A DNA stretch of 63,083 nucleotides, the filler included, from Octopus bimaculoides (Eukaryota), in assembly GCF_001194135.2 (NCBI RefSeq). It is 8 parts of 8 records of this genome, joined end to end, with 100 filler letters (N's around TTAATTAATTAA, not from the genome) between each part and the next. Parts side by side here need not be neighbours in the genome. Positions count along the whole stretch, not along the records: positions 1 to 22,882 come from NC_069003.1; 7 more parts are not named here. The stretch is one strand, 5' to 3'. Shown one piece after another: positions 1 through 13,205 of this stretch (position 1 is the stretch's first letter; each line of letters starts with the position of its first letter). Below the pieces are notes generated by a model that saw only the letters and a list, made by a program, of their open reading frames with translations, did not search any database and was not told where the DNA came from. The position numbers were made by a program, and so were the translations under genes.

Positions 1-267
1 ATATATATATATGTCTATCTATTTACATATAAATAAATACATATATTGTGTGTATCTATAAGCGTGTATATATGTGTGCATGTTTGTACGTGCCTCTGTG
101 TGTTTGTGTGTGCATATGCAGATGTTTTTGTACTTTTGTGTATGTACGTATATGAAAAATGCGTATAAGTTTTGTCTTGTGTTTCCTTTTCTGCGAATTT
201 TACCAACATCGGATTCCAATTCTTGTTCTTAAAATGTTGAAATGTCAAGTGATAGGGAAAACAAATT

Positions 268-308
<41 letters not shown>

Positions 309-429
309 ATAATAATAATAATAGATATTAATTTTATTATTGCGAAAAGACTGCAATATAAACAACAATATAAACAACGACAACTGCAACAAGGAGAAGG
401 AAAGAAGGTAAAGAAAAAAGAGAAGGTAG

Positions 430-924
430 AGAAGAAGAAGAAGAAGAAGAAGAAGAAGAAGAAGAAGAAGAAGAAGACGAAGAAGAAGAAGAAGAAGAAG
501 AAGAAGAAGAAGAAGACGAAGAAGAAGAAGAAGAAGAAGAAGAAGAAGAAGAAGAAGNNNNNNNNNNNNNNNNNNNNNNNNNNNNNNNNNNNNNNNNNNN
601 NNNNNNNNNNNNNNNNNNNNNNNNNNNNNNNNNNNNNNNNNNNNNNNNNNNNNNNNNNNNNNNNNNNNNNNNNNNNNNNNNNNNNNNNNNNNNNNNNNNN
701 NNNNNNNNNNNNNNNNNNNNNNNNNNNNNNNNNNNNNNNNNNNNNNNNNNNNNNNNNNNNNNNNNNNNNNNNNNNNNNNNNNNNNNNNNNNNNNNNNNNN
801 NNNNNNNNNNNNNNNNNNNNNNNNNNNNNNNNNNNNNNNAGAAGAAGAAGAAGAAGAAGAAGAAGACGAAGAAGAAGAGGAAGGAGAAGAAGAAGAAGAA
901 GAAGAAGAAGAAGGAGAAGGAGAA

Positions 925-959
<35 letters not shown>

Positions 960-1150
960 AGAAGAAGAAGAAGAAGAAGAAGAAGAAGAAGGATGAGGAG
1001 GAGAAGAAGAAGATGAAGAAGAAGGAGAAGAAGAAGAAGGAGAAGAAAAAGAAGAAGAGGAAGAAGAAGACGAAGAAGGAGAAGAAGAAGAAGAAGAAGA
1101 AGAAGGAGGAGGAGGAGGAGGAGAAGAGGAAGAAGAAGAAGATGAAGAAG
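430..1150 (+). repeat. (GAA)n/(GAG)n purine trinucleotide tract interrupted by an N gap (558-839)
   Basis: Directly visible; the poly-K/R/S/F ORFs in the track are its translations. Confidence 0.98.
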
Positions 1151-1804
1151 ACGATCAACAGCAACAATAGCAAAAATTACATCAACATTATAAGAAAATC
1201 CATTAACAAGCGTTTTTAGTAAAAATAAGAGAAAAAACGATATAAAACTAATGCAATTTCTATAATCGATGAGACATTAACAACAACAAAAATAACAACA
1301 ACAACAACAACAACAATAATAATGATAATAATAATTATTATTATTATAATAATAGAAAAAAACAGAAATTCTTTTTTTAAAAGAATGTGAATAGATAAAA
1401 ATAAAGCCGTATTCACACGTCTTAACATCAATTTGAAGAATATTGAAAAAAATCCTATAGATTTTTTTTAACACGGACACCAATGATTAGATCGCTAGGG
1501 GTTAAGGGTGAGGGTGAGAGAGTAATGTGGAGTGCTGTTATGTTGTGAAGGTCATGCCTTTCTCATAATTAGTATGATTGCAAATGAATGGAAACCTTCC
1601 GATCGATGAGGAGTTTCATTTATTAATTAATCAATCATTTTGATGATGAGTTACTTAGTTAATTATTTGTTTATTTTCGAAGTCTTTGGATTTGCCGGAT
1701 TTCTTGATGTTGTCCGAGCGATTCAAAAAGTGGAATGATGTAGTGAGGTTCATGCCATTTTTGTGACGATGAAAAGGAATTCAGTAAGTGATAATCGATA
1801 CGAA

Positions 1805-2152
1805 AGCGCGGTGAATTAGCCGAGTGGTAACAGCATCAGATTGGACACATTATGGTATTGTTCTAGCTCTCTAGATTCTGAGTTCAAATCCCGCCGCAGT
1901 CAAGTTTACATTTCATCTTTGATAAATAAAGAACCAATCAAACATTGGTTTTAAATTTTGGCAACAAGGCCAGCAATTTCGGGGGAGGAGATGAGTCAGT
2001 TCCATCAACCCCAGGGTGCAACTAATACTTATTTTATCGACAGTGAAAGGATGAAAAGTAAAGTCGATCTCGGTGGAATTTGAACTCAGAACATAAAGAC
2101 GCACGAAATGCTGCATTATTCCCGACTTCCAAACGATTCTGCCCATTCGCCA
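1805..2152. mobile_element. Two tRNA-derived SINE (family A) copies, + then -, tail-to-tail
   Basis: B-box-like TTCTGAGTTCAAATCCCGCCG on +; TCGGTGGAATTTGAACTCAGAAC and GGATGAAAAGTAAAGTCGA on -; the same motifs recur about 20 times in the window. Confidence 0.75.
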
Positions 2153-2339
2153 CCATGCACCAATAAAAAACTGGAGTCATTTCTTCTCCCATACTCTATC
2201 TTTCTACCTGCCTATCTCTTTCGATCTTTCTTTTTGTCTTTCTTTCTTCATATATTTCTTTCATTGTGGCCCTCCCTCCCCCTCTCTCTTTGGTGGCTGT
2301 GGAATATGTAGACTGAAATACTGCTAGTGCTTACAGAAG

Positions 2340-2550
2340 CAAAGAATGGAAAAGTTCGCCGAACATATCCTAGGTAATGTCAAGATTTATGCAACCAATA
2401 ATATCAAACTATTTGGAAAGGCTCACAAACGGCAGGGTGTGCTGTCATTCACGCGACAAATTTCCTGTAGGACTTTGACTCCATGATGTAGACCCAGTGA
2501 TGCAGGATATAAACAGAAAGTACAGTAGGGACAACAACAACAATAATGAT
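2340..2550 (+). mobile_element. Highly decayed R4/Dong-like LINE 3' end
   Basis: EKFAEHILGNVKIYATNNIKLFGKAHKRQGVLS aligns loosely with the IPG..LQK..LLGTAHILRKVLS terminus of the better copies; followed by (AAC/AAT)n. Confidence 0.35.
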
Positions 2551-2586
2551 CCTTTGTAATGTTGGCACAAAACCACAATAAAAAAA

Positions 2587-2636
<50 letters not shown>

Positions 2637-2860
2637 GATAATATTTAAGGATTGATGTTACTCCTCCAGAAGGTAAAGGAACAATAACAAGAGTGCGACT
2701 GATATCGAATGAACTACGTATGTCTTCCACAGGTTCAAAATAATCATCTCAATCTACTTTATTTTAGTAATATTTAAGTAGATTGAGATGATTATTTTGA
2801 AACTGTGGAAGAAACACGATGTGTCGAAATATTGTTCATTCAATAACAGTAACACTCTTC

Positions 2861-2879
2861 TAATAATGATTATAATGAT

Positions 2880-2926
<47 letters not shown>

Positions 2927-2942
2927 TTATAATGATATTATT

Positions 2943-3004
<62 letters not shown>

Positions 3005-3014
3005 TTATAATGAT

Positions 3015-3083
<69 letters not shown>
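2861..3083 (+). repeat. (AAT)n microsatellite with ATGATTAT interruptions
   Basis: Directly visible. Confidence 0.98.
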
Positions 3084-3463
3084 TGAGAAAGGAAGCAAAT
3101 GATGCTGGATCATAGATGTAGTATTCTCAGTTGGCATCAAGGTATGCGATAAAGAAGTAAGAAAAGCCGATAGATATGACAGGTTAGCTTGGGAGGTTAA
3201 GCAGTTGTGGAGGCTGAAAAAGGTGGTAGTAGTACCGATAATTGTTGGAGCCCTGGAAGCAGTGAATAAAAACCTTGAGAAGTAGATGGAACAAATAAGG
3301 GCTGCAATCAGGGTGTAGCATTTGCAAAAAAGAGCACTGCTTGAAACCGCTCGAATTCTCCGGATGGTGCTCGAAAAATACGGGATGTTACTTTAGTTGG
3401 CTGGTAGTGAACAGCTGACATCGTAATACATCTCCAGCGTCAAAAGCTGTGCAAAGACAATGA

Positions 3464-3472
<9 letters not shown>
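3084..3472 (+). mobile_element. 5'-truncated R4/Dong-clade LINE (restriction-like endonuclease C-terminus + 3' UTR)
   Basis: CWIIDV...DKEVRKADRYDRLAWEVKQLWRLKKVVVVPIIVGALEAV...LQKRALLETARILRMVLE with stops; (AAT)n on both sides. Confidence 0.85.
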
Positions 3473-3504
<32 letters not shown>

Positions 3505-3529
3505 TAATAATAATAATAATAATAATAAT

Positions 3530-4551
3530 GTGAAACCATACTTGACATCGATGCCACCATAGAAACTATCAAGCAAGAGGTATGAGCTGCCCGCATAGCA
3601 CAACATGGCGTTAGATTTTTCAAGAACAACAACAACTTAAAAAATACCCCAAAAATTTTTACAAGAAAATGTTGACAAAGCCCTTACCCATCAATTGTTA
3701 GTATCTTCTAGCTTAAAATCAGAAACAAAATGGCCTATCATAGCAGCCCAAGATCAATGCCTACCTACAAGGAACTACCAGGCAAACATATTAAAGAACG
3801 GCAGTAGCCTAACGTCGTGTATGTAAACAACAAAATGAAATCATTGATCAAGTTCTCTCCATGTGTAGTCTTCTTGCGCCTGCAGAGTATCTCAACAGGC
3901 ATGATAGAGCTGCACAATATATTCACTGGGTAATTTGCAAAAACCTGGACCTACCCCATGACAAAAGCTGTTGGGACCACAAACCACCCCCAGTGCTTCA
4001 AAATGATCACATCTCACTCCTCTGTAACTTCATCGTTCAAACTGACAGAAAGATAAATGAGAATAGGCCAGACATTATATTCAAAGACTTGAGACAAAAA
4101 TCATGCCGCCTCATTGATAACACTATCCCAATCGACATAAGGGTATCTGAGCAGGTATAAAGGTCTTGAAATAGAAATTGGCAAAATGTGGAACCTGAAG
4201 ACTAAAACAATACCTGTTGTCATAGGTGCCCTAGGAATGATAGCAAAAGAGGATGATTCCTTCCTAGCTCACATACCAGGAAATCCCAAAATGGTAGAAA
4301 TTCAAAAGACAGTGCTCATGGGAACTGCCCATATACTACGTAAAATACTGTCTATGTAATCCCAAACTTTAAATAAAAATCATAATTTCCTTATTTTTTA
4401 AAAACATTTTCTAGAGCAATACTATGTGAAAAACCAAATATATGACACCCTCGGCATAACACCAACATGAATTTCTAACTTGCTGTCTCTTGAGGTCTCT
4501 GGGTGAAATTTGGAATAAACTTGTACAAATACAAAGTAAAAGTCAAACATA
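3530..4551 (+). mobile_element. 5'-truncated R4/Dong-clade LINE, second subfamily (CCHC finger + RLE domain + 3' UTR)
   Basis: AAQDQCLPTRNYQANILKNG..CRVC...E.IDQVLSMCSLLAPAEYLNRHDRA...RPDIIFKD...CRLID, then LEIEIGKMWNLKTKTIPVVIGALG...QKTVLMGTAHILRKILSM*; starts after (AAT)n and ends in TAATAATAATAA. Confidence 0.92.
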
Positions 4552-6356
4552 TAATAATAATAACTCTATTATTCATTACACACAGTTACTAGAATTGCTA
4601 GAAATATCAGCTACAGTACTCTCAAACCACATCCAAATACAGGTATATCTAAAATCATATCGTCCGACTCAAATCTTTTTCGATTTTATGTCTCTTTTAT
4701 GCTTTTATAAAGAAATAAAGATATCAATTCAAAAATAAGCCTCAACTTCAGTTAATTTATCCGACTTTACGTCAGTCCCAGCGAATGCATTTAAAAACAT
4801 AACAAGTTTTTTTTTTTTAAATTCTTAAAAACCAATACTGAAGTGGAAAATCAAACAGAATACCTGTGAAGATATGTACAAGCAATTTCTTAAAACTAAA
4901 ACATCATTTAAAATGGTTTTTCATATTACGTTGTTTTTCGAGTTAAATCGTATATCCTGGAATCAATTTTTGACGTAAGTTGAGGTACGTCTATTAAAAA
5001 AGAACAAAAAAAACCCCCAGCACATTGATGTGCATAATGAGGGAAATGATATATCTGAAACTGTCGGGATGGTTACGGTTGAGATCTTTCGGGTTATAAA
5101 TGTTGTTCAGTCAGGAATGGCTTAGAAGTATGCCTTAAAAATCTGGCAGCTTTCAAATAAAAACAAGATTTTCATGAACTGATTTTTTGCAAACAACTTG
5201 CAGATGCAAATGCTACCAGTTGCAAACTCTGCATACCGGATGCTACGAAGCTTATGGGGTCATCAGGAGAGAATGCGCGCTGTTTCGGGGCCTTCATCTC
5301 GAGATACGTCCCCGCTGGCTAGAACAACTGGTTACTAGCTTTTGCTCCATATTCTTCTAGCCATTGTTCATCGTCTGTTTTTAACCAAATTTAGTGGTTT
5401 GCTTTCTTCGCTGTTGCCGTGATATCACCCATGATGGTATTTGCTTTGCAATGAATTGAAAATGAATTTTTAATCGCACGATTTTACGGTTTTCCAGAAT
5501 AGATTTACAGAAATACAACTATGCAGGGAGTACTTGTTTAACACCAGGCCAGTCCTAGTTGCGCACACGTATGTTCAAATACATTTCAACCACGACCAAT
5601 TCCTTTTTCAAAAATTTATTTTAAATATCTTTCTCTTTAAGAAAAGTTTAGCCGCAAGTTGTAGCAAGTCAAGCGACTACAGACAGTCTTGCCACCCTCA
5701 TTCGTATCCTTTCGTATTCACATTAACTTCTGTATTTGTACTAATTCTTCCTTCCTTTCTTTCTTTCTTTCTTTCTTGCTTGCTTGCTTTCTTCTTAGGT
5801 TTACTATTACTCTGTATAACACGATTTTTTGTCCTTGGGAGCAACTATTATTTCCTATTTTCTTACGCCTAGAAAGTATGAAAAATGGCTAATATCTCCT
5901 TCAAACTACGCTTGTAACAAACATCCCAAAGAATACCGACCAACACATGGCTATGATGCTCCCTCACTACTCCTGCTCATAATCAGAGGTGCACATATTG
6001 TTAACCACTAACGGCCATGTTCAAGTGGTTAAGGTCAAGTAACTGAGAAGCAAATCCGTGGCACTGAATAGAATATATGATATAACGATATTTCTGCTTC
6101 AGCAGCTCAGCGCTGAATCTGTCTGAAATGTAATGGAAAATAGGTCAGTTTCAAAACATTGATTTCCAGGTCACAGAAGCAAAGTTTGAAGGGAATGGTA
6201 GTCATTTTGTTTGATTTCTAGATAGAAGCAAAGAGGAAATACTTAATGATGAAAGACAAAAGATTTTTTAAAAACCTAAAAATTCTGTTATAGAGTGTTA
6301 TACTTCATGTTAGTGTATGTGTCGTTGCTGCAGTTGCTGTTGTTAGATCTTAATAC

Positions 6357-6568
6357 AAAGCTGACAGAGTCGTTAGCACGCCGAACGAAATACTTATCGG
6401 CGTTTCGTCCGTCTTTACGTTCTGGGGTTCAGGTCCGACGAGGTCGACTTTGACTTTCCTCTTTTCGGGGTCGATAAACTAAGTACCAGTTAAACACTGG
6501 GGTCGATGTTATCGACCTACCCCCATCCCTGAAATTTCAGGCCTTGTGCTTTTAGTAGAAAGGAATAT
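6357..6568 (+). mobile_element. SINE family A, near full length
   Basis: GCTGACAGAGTCGTTAGCACGCCG head, GAGGTCGACTTTG body, TTTCAGGCCTTGTGC..AGTAGAAAGG tail. Confidence 0.85.
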
Positions 6569-6879
6569 AAAGGGACGCTACTCAAAATTGACTGTTTACT
6601 GATCTACCTATTTGCTTCTATCTAGAAATCAAACAAAATGATTACTATTCGCTTCAAACTTTGCTTTTGTCACCAATGCACTCCTACCGTCTAACTTTAT
6701 ATTAATCATTTAACCATTTGCCCGTTCTGTGTGTCACATGACAACCAACCCATGACAAATTTCTTTCACATCTATACATCATAAATGGCTACACGATGTC
6801 TCCTAGGGCTATTAGTCCTAAACCAGGATTGCCATGTTGTGTTGGCAAACAATCTTTACTACAAAGTACTGAATATTTC

Positions 6880-8111
6880 ACGTTTTGAGATTTAAAAATA
6901 GTAATTTTCAAATTTATTCTAATACGGGGTAGGACCGCCTTTGGCAGTAATTACAGCTTCAATTCTACGAGGTGTGGACTCGTACAAATTTTGAATAGTT
7001 TTCGAATGAATTTTTGCCCATTTTTCACCTAAAACAGTCTGCAGTTCTTGTAGTGATGATAGCGGAGGTTATCTACCCCTTACTTGTTTTTCTAAAATGT
7101 GCCATAAATGTATAGTAATATTGAGATCTGGGGACTGTGGTAGCCAAATAAGATGTTCAACTTCACTAGAATGTTCCTCGTGCCATTCAGTAACAACTTT
7201 AGCTGTGTGAATTGGTGCATTATCATCCTGAAAGATTGCGTTTCCCTCCGGAAACAGTTCCTCAACCATACGATGAATTTGATCAGATAAAATGCTTAAA
7301 TAGTCTTGACTATTAACTCTGCCATGAAGGGAAGCCATTGGGCCAGCGGATTGCTAATATATAGCCTCACTCCACCCCCAGATCATCACATATCATCCTC
7401 CATGTTTAACAGTTAGAATAAGGCAGTCTGGGTTAAATGCTTCTCTTGGCTGTATCCACACGTATACTCGGCTGGTGGTCGGAAATAAAGTAAAAGAGGA
7501 CTCGTCCGAGACAATAACATTCTGCCACTACTCTAGGGACCAATTCTGTAGGCTTTTACTCCACTCTAAACGCTTTGCTACGTTTGTTTTTGAAAGTTTT
7601 CTGATTGCAGTCCTCCCTTGAAATCCGGCCTTGAGCAGCTCCCGGTGAACCGTTTTTGTGGAAAATGGGGTCTCGAAGTGGTCATTAAGCTCTGTGGTAA
7701 TTTTGGGAGCAGTACTTTTGTGATCCTGTCTAACAATTCGCATGAGTCCGACGGTCCCTATCTGAAAGTTTTGGTTTTCATCCAGGATTTTGTTTCGACG
7801 AGGAGGTTTTTTCCCTTTTTTGCAAAGGCTGTCATTACTTTCGAGACAGTACTTCGAGACAGTACATTTGCCATTCGAGCACCAACAATTTGACCTCTTT
7901 GAAAGTCCGATAGATCTGTCATTTTAATGAATTTTAATTACCTTTTTCTCATAATATCTGAAAAGAAACAGTAATTTTAGCCAAATATATTAAATAACAC
8001 TAATACTAAATGAAAAACATAAAAATAATGAAGCTTTTGATGATTTTTATATATATTTCAAAATCATGATGATATGATGCTAGGTGTTTCCATTATTTTG
8101 TACAACCACTG
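6880..8111 (-). mobile_element. Tc1-family DNA transposon relic; disrupted DD34E transposase about 7922->6919; only the 5' TIR is found
   Basis: MTDLSDFQRGQIVGARMA start; HTH region (ITTELNDHF..STKTVHRELLKAG); FQDDNAPIHTAK; WLPQSPDLN; C-terminal IQNLYESTPRRIEAVITAKGGPTPY*; TIR CAGTGGTTGTACAAAATAATGGAAACACCT ends at 8111 next to TA. Confidence 0.93.
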
Positions 8112-8149
8112 TATATCAGGCATGAAAGCAAATTTGGAACGCAGTAGAG

Positions 8150-8290
8150 GTGTAAAAACAGCAGAGTATAGCCGTGAAAAACAACAGAGTACACATAGCA
8201 GACAGAAAAAGTTGCCAGCAGCCGGCCACGTGAATCGAGCCCCGTACCCCTCAGATACCGACTGAGTGCTCTAACCATTTTACTACGATG
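8150..8290 (-). mobile_element. tRNA-like SINE head (Thr-like GGT anticodon arm)
   Basis: A box TAGTAAAATGG, CTCAG/CTGAG stem with 7-nt loop TCGGTAT, degenerate B box GGCTCGATTCAC; no acceptor stem. Confidence 0.5.
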
Positions 8291-8329
8291 AAGGCTCCTG
8301 TCGAAAAAGACGTATGAGCGTTCAACTTT

Positions 8330-8578
8330 TGCCGAACGACCTGCACAAATGATTTACTTATAGTGATCAGATGTTCGTGCCACACATTCACTCACTCCTG
8401 CCATCAAATTGACGTTGCCTCAACAGGTGTACTTTGTGCCATGTGTCAGGTGTCGATGTGATTGCGGACCAACATGAGATGAAGTGTTTTGCTCAAGAAT
8501 ACAATGCACCAACCTGTCATGGTATTGAACTCACGATCTCGCATTCGTGAGTGCAACATCCTAACCACTCGGCCATAT
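8330..8578 (-). mobile_element. SINE family C copy (related copies about 8720-8830 + and 53310-53440 -)
   Basis: Minus strand GGCCGAGTGGTTAGGATGTTGCAC...GTGAGTTCAATACC tRNA head and TTGAGCAAAACACTTCAT core. Confidence 0.7.
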
Positions 8579-10157
8579 GTTACCATACACATAACAATAT
8601 ATGTTATTGTTTCAGATATGTTATATGTAAAGAGGATATAGATAAAGAACATTTCTGAGTCATAGAGACTAATAGGGCCGGTTTTCCGGTTTCCATGGCA
8701 TAGATATTACCCAAGCGAGGATTAATAAGGTATGGTTACGATTCCTGGACCGAGCGATGCATTATGTTCTTGTGCGAAGCACTTCATTTCACATTGCTCT
8801 AGTTCACTCAGATAGGGTCGGGGCGGAATATATAGCCACAGAATCTTGGAAATCGGCCTTATCAGACTATATATCTCAGGAAGGGTCACTATATTTATAC
8901 TCTACACACATAGCGCATAACTAATTCACAGGACACGTGGCTGATCTAAGGCCTGAAACAATAACATATTATTCACCGTCTAAACCAAACACTCACACAA
9001 AAGATTAGCTCAGTCTTTTGCCTTCCCTGCCTATCATTAGGACATATTTCACTCATATACATACTCAACTTTTTCGACTATCGCAGTAAGTCGTGCCTTA
9101 TGAAAGGAAAGCTTTCTATTACTCAGAACTTATGAAACAAGGGCTAACTGAAAGTCTAGAAACGAGCATGGACGTTTAGGACAAACTTATGGAAATGATT
9201 TGGACAGGCAAACGGTTAATATTGGCACAGTTCCACACAACACATTATTGTTTATTTGGCAAGCGAGGAAGGTAATGTGAAACAATCGCTTACATCAACC
9301 ACCAACCGTTTAACCAACAACAACACATACAAGGATTGTTGTTGTCATCGTTGTTGTGATAGTGGTTATTATGCTGGTTGTAAGCGTGCTGTTATTGTTG
9401 TGGTTATTGTTGTTGTCGTTGTAGAAAATACTAGAAATATAACTGCTTCGAAGACAATTATTTACGATCCTCAAAACATTTGGATGATCTCCTTCTCTCC
9501 TCCTGCGACCGCACTTCTTCTTTGCTGCCGTTATAACGGGAGCCCTCTACCAATTCTACACTCCCGCAATCATTTTGGGAAATAAATTCCTGTCGTGAAA
9601 GCAGAAACAAATAACCATTAACAATAATTCTCACCGTAAATGGGGAATACAACAATTTAGCTTTCCATTCTTCAGAATTCTTATGATAATGATGTATAAT
9701 ATAAACATAATACAGCAAACCTTGCAGAAGAATATAACCGATTTAATGGGTTTATATTGCCAATGCCAAACTTCCTGTGTGTTTTTTTTGTTTCCTTAAT
9801 TTTTCTAATACTATAATTTGTGAACGATATCGGAGTTCGATATAGGTTTCCACTGGAGCAATCATAGGTTTACTGAATTTCTGAATACGTGAATTAATGC
9901 GTTTTACCGTTTACCTGTTTAAGTTAATATATTGTGGCCATGCTGGGGCACCGCCTGCTAATTCGTGCGTTCATATGACAAAAATCGTATGAGGGCTGTC
10001 ACAGTGAAAATCAAGAACCCTAAATATTAGACCACATGAAACCAATCATGTAATGCGTGAGTCCTTGTAACACGGTAAAAGAATTCCTTTGAAACACATT
10101 TTTGCTTTTGTTTTCAATATAGATCGCAAAATACCCATACAGACACACGTATACGCG

Positions 10158-10216
<59 letters not shown>

Positions 10217-12440
10217 NNNNNNNNNNNNNNNNNNNNNNNNNNNNNNNNNNNNNNNNNNNNNNNNNNNNNNNNNNNNNNNNNNNNNNNNNNNNATATATAT
10301 ATATATATATATATATACACGTGTACATATGTAGGAATTTGTGTGTGTGTGTAAATGTGAAGTTTCTTAGGTCCATATGAAGGTGGAAAATGTTTTTCAA
10401 CTTTTCGGAAATAAACCTTCTTCGTGGGTAAAGACATTATTCCACACGTTACCTTATTGGAGCGTCAATATGACGGAGAATGTCAGGTAAAGATATAGAG
10501 TCATTAGTTGGGTATGGGTGCAAAGAAAGTTATTTGAGAGATTGATGGAGAAAGGAAACTATAGATGGAGATTATGAGCGATAGTAGAAAAGTGCGCAAA
10601 CAGCTCTCTTCATCCCCCCCAGGAATAAAGTCAGGTGTTTGCTCATGAACAGTGCCCAGCCAACGAATGGAAACCATGACGTTGCAATCATGAGCACAAT
10701 AACAGACACACGTAAACACACACAAACGCATAAATATATATGCGGCAGAAATATATATTCCCGTATTTCAAATTTCACTCATGTGATAGTCAAGCCAAGC
10801 CCAGTCTAAAAACAAGTCCTCACCAGTCAAACCTCCTCAGTATTATTGCAAATTCTATAATTCTGTGACAAGTAGTCACTGATGTCAAGGTATGCTGATA
10901 AAAAATATCGACCCAGTCTTCAGTGACGATGTTAAGTTAATGATAACGAAATTGAGGTAGACAACGTAATCGAGACAGAAGATAACCAATTTGAGGATAA
11001 CGATGACAAATTTAAGTTTGATAAATACGAATTCTAGAGGGAAAAAGGAAAACCTGCATATACATAATAGACGTCAGGACTCCACAATTGTAAGACATAT
11101 TAGATATCTTTTTCGTATTCTTTTTCAAATTTCGGAATAATTTTTTTCTGTTTTATTTAAAATATGCACACAATTATAACGAAATATAACATTGCCAAAA
11201 TGATCATATTTTTGTGAATGTGTGGGCGAAGTGTATTTAGATTTATCGAATCGTATTTGAGATGTACTTATTTTTATATCCCCCTGAGGATGAAGAGCAA
11301 TTTTACTTCCGTGAGATTTAAACTCAGAACATAAAGGGTTGTATTATTACATGAAATTTCAACTGAATTCTGTCGTTTCACCAATCCACCTAAACTGAAT
11401 GGAAAAGTGGATTTGAGCAACAGAGTACTGCAAAGGAGTTTGGCTATGCGCTGTTGATCTGGTAATCCGCCACTGTGTGATTTTTGGTAAGGAATTCTGT
11501 CAAAGATCTAAGGCTTCAGATTTTAGAACACACGCATTCGATTATATGAACCGTAGTATTCTAAATGTTCTTTATTTTGTTGATCCCGAAAAGATAAAAA
11601 GCGAAATTATTATCTGTAAGATTAGAGCTAAACTTTAAATGCCTATGTATGTATGTATGTATGTATGTATGTATGTATGTATGCATGCATGTATGCATGT
11701 ATGTATGTATGTATGTATGTATGTATGTATGTATCTATCTATCTATCTACCTATCAAGCATGGCTGTAGTAAAGAAGCTTGCTTCCCAACCACATGCTCC
11801 TAGGTTCNNNNNNNNNNNNNNNNNNNNNNNNNNNNNNNNNNNNNNNNNNNNNNNNNNNNNNNNNNNNNNNNNNNNNNNNNNNNNNNNNNNNNNNNNNNNN
11901 NNNNNNNNNNNNNNNNNNNNNNNNNNNNNNNNNNNNNNNNNNNNNNNNNNNNNNNNNNNNNNNNNNNNNNNNNNNNNNNNNNNNNNNNNNNNNNNNNNNN
12001 NNNNNNNNNNNNNNNNNNNNNNNNNNNNNNNNNNNNNNNNNNNNNNNNNNNNNNNNNNNNNNNNNNNNNNNNNNNNNNNNNNNNNNNNNNNNNNNNNNNN
12101 NNNNNNNNNNNNNNNNNNNNNNNNNNNNNNNNNNNNNNNNNNNNNNNNNNNNNNNNNNNNNNNNNNNNNNNNNNNNNNNNNNNNNNNNNNNNNNNNNNNN
12201 NNNNNNNNNNNNNNNNNNNNNNNNNNNNNNNNNNNNNNNNNNNNNNNNNNNNNNNNNNNNNNNNNNNNNNNNNNNNNNNNNNNNNNNNNNNNNNNNNNNN
12301 NNNNNNNNNNNNNNNNNNNNNNNNNNNNNNNNNNNNNNNNNNNNNNNNNNNNNNNNNNNNNNNNNNNNNNNNNNNNNNNNNNNNNNNNNNNNNNNNNNNN
12401 NNNNNNNNNNNNNNNNNNNNNNNNNNNNNNNNNNNNNNNN

Positions 12441-12500
<60 letters not shown>

Positions 12501-13149
12501 TAACAATACGTCTACCAATTCCAGAATGTCCCGATCACAAGTATTTCAGGAAACATCTTCCTAATTTAGTCACGTGGCCGTTAGATCAGCTCCAGTAAAC
12601 CAATTAAATCGAGGAATTGTAACTTCACAGGAAGTAAAACTGTTGGAACCTCAACATGATGCCGCTGGAAGTTTACCAAAAATATGATTAACGAGCTCCT
12701 ATGTACAGTGCACTCGGTTACTGGGCAAATATTAATTAATTATTATTGCAGTTATTATTACCATTAATTATTACGATGTGGTTAACCTCCTCCCACTTCT
12801 CTTCCTCCTCCTCCTCCTCATGATCATCATCATGATCATCATCATCTTCATTATCATCATCAGAAGCAGCCGTGGTATGTATGGTCCGTTCCTTTACGGA
12901 TCACAGAATAATAACGATAAAGAAACATACACGCGAGTTTGTGTGTGTATATATATATATTTATATATATATATATATACATGCGCGTGCGCAATATGGT
13001 CGTCTGTGTGAGTGTGTATGCATATGTGCATGTTTGTATAAGTTTGGAAAATCACCTATATATGTGTAAGAATATATATATGATTATATGAATGTTTTAT
13101 ATATAGAAACACACACACACATATAACATCTATCCATGCCTTTCTATCA

Positions 13150-13205
<56 letters not shown>

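Noticed and set aside
5275-5310. Hammerhead-like GATGAAGGCCCCGAAACAGC on the minus strand
   Set aside because: The core lacks CTG, stem II is too short and there is no cleavage triplet. The surrounding 4.6-5.5 kb may be an old transposon but could not be classified.
8215-8290. tRNA-Thr gene
   Set aside because: The acceptor stem cannot form and the B box is degenerate; best read as a SINE head.
9466-9589. Minus-strand exon candidate (ttcacgacag|GAATTT...GATC|gtaaat, EFISQNDCGSVEL...)
   Set aside because: The acceptor is plausible and one frame is open, but I recognise no protein family and the donor is weak; unsupported without RNA data.
10860-11040. Acidic open stretch (NDNEIEVDNVIETEDNQFEDNDD) like a piggyBac N-terminus
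   Set aside because: Low complexity; no TIR or catalytic region seen.
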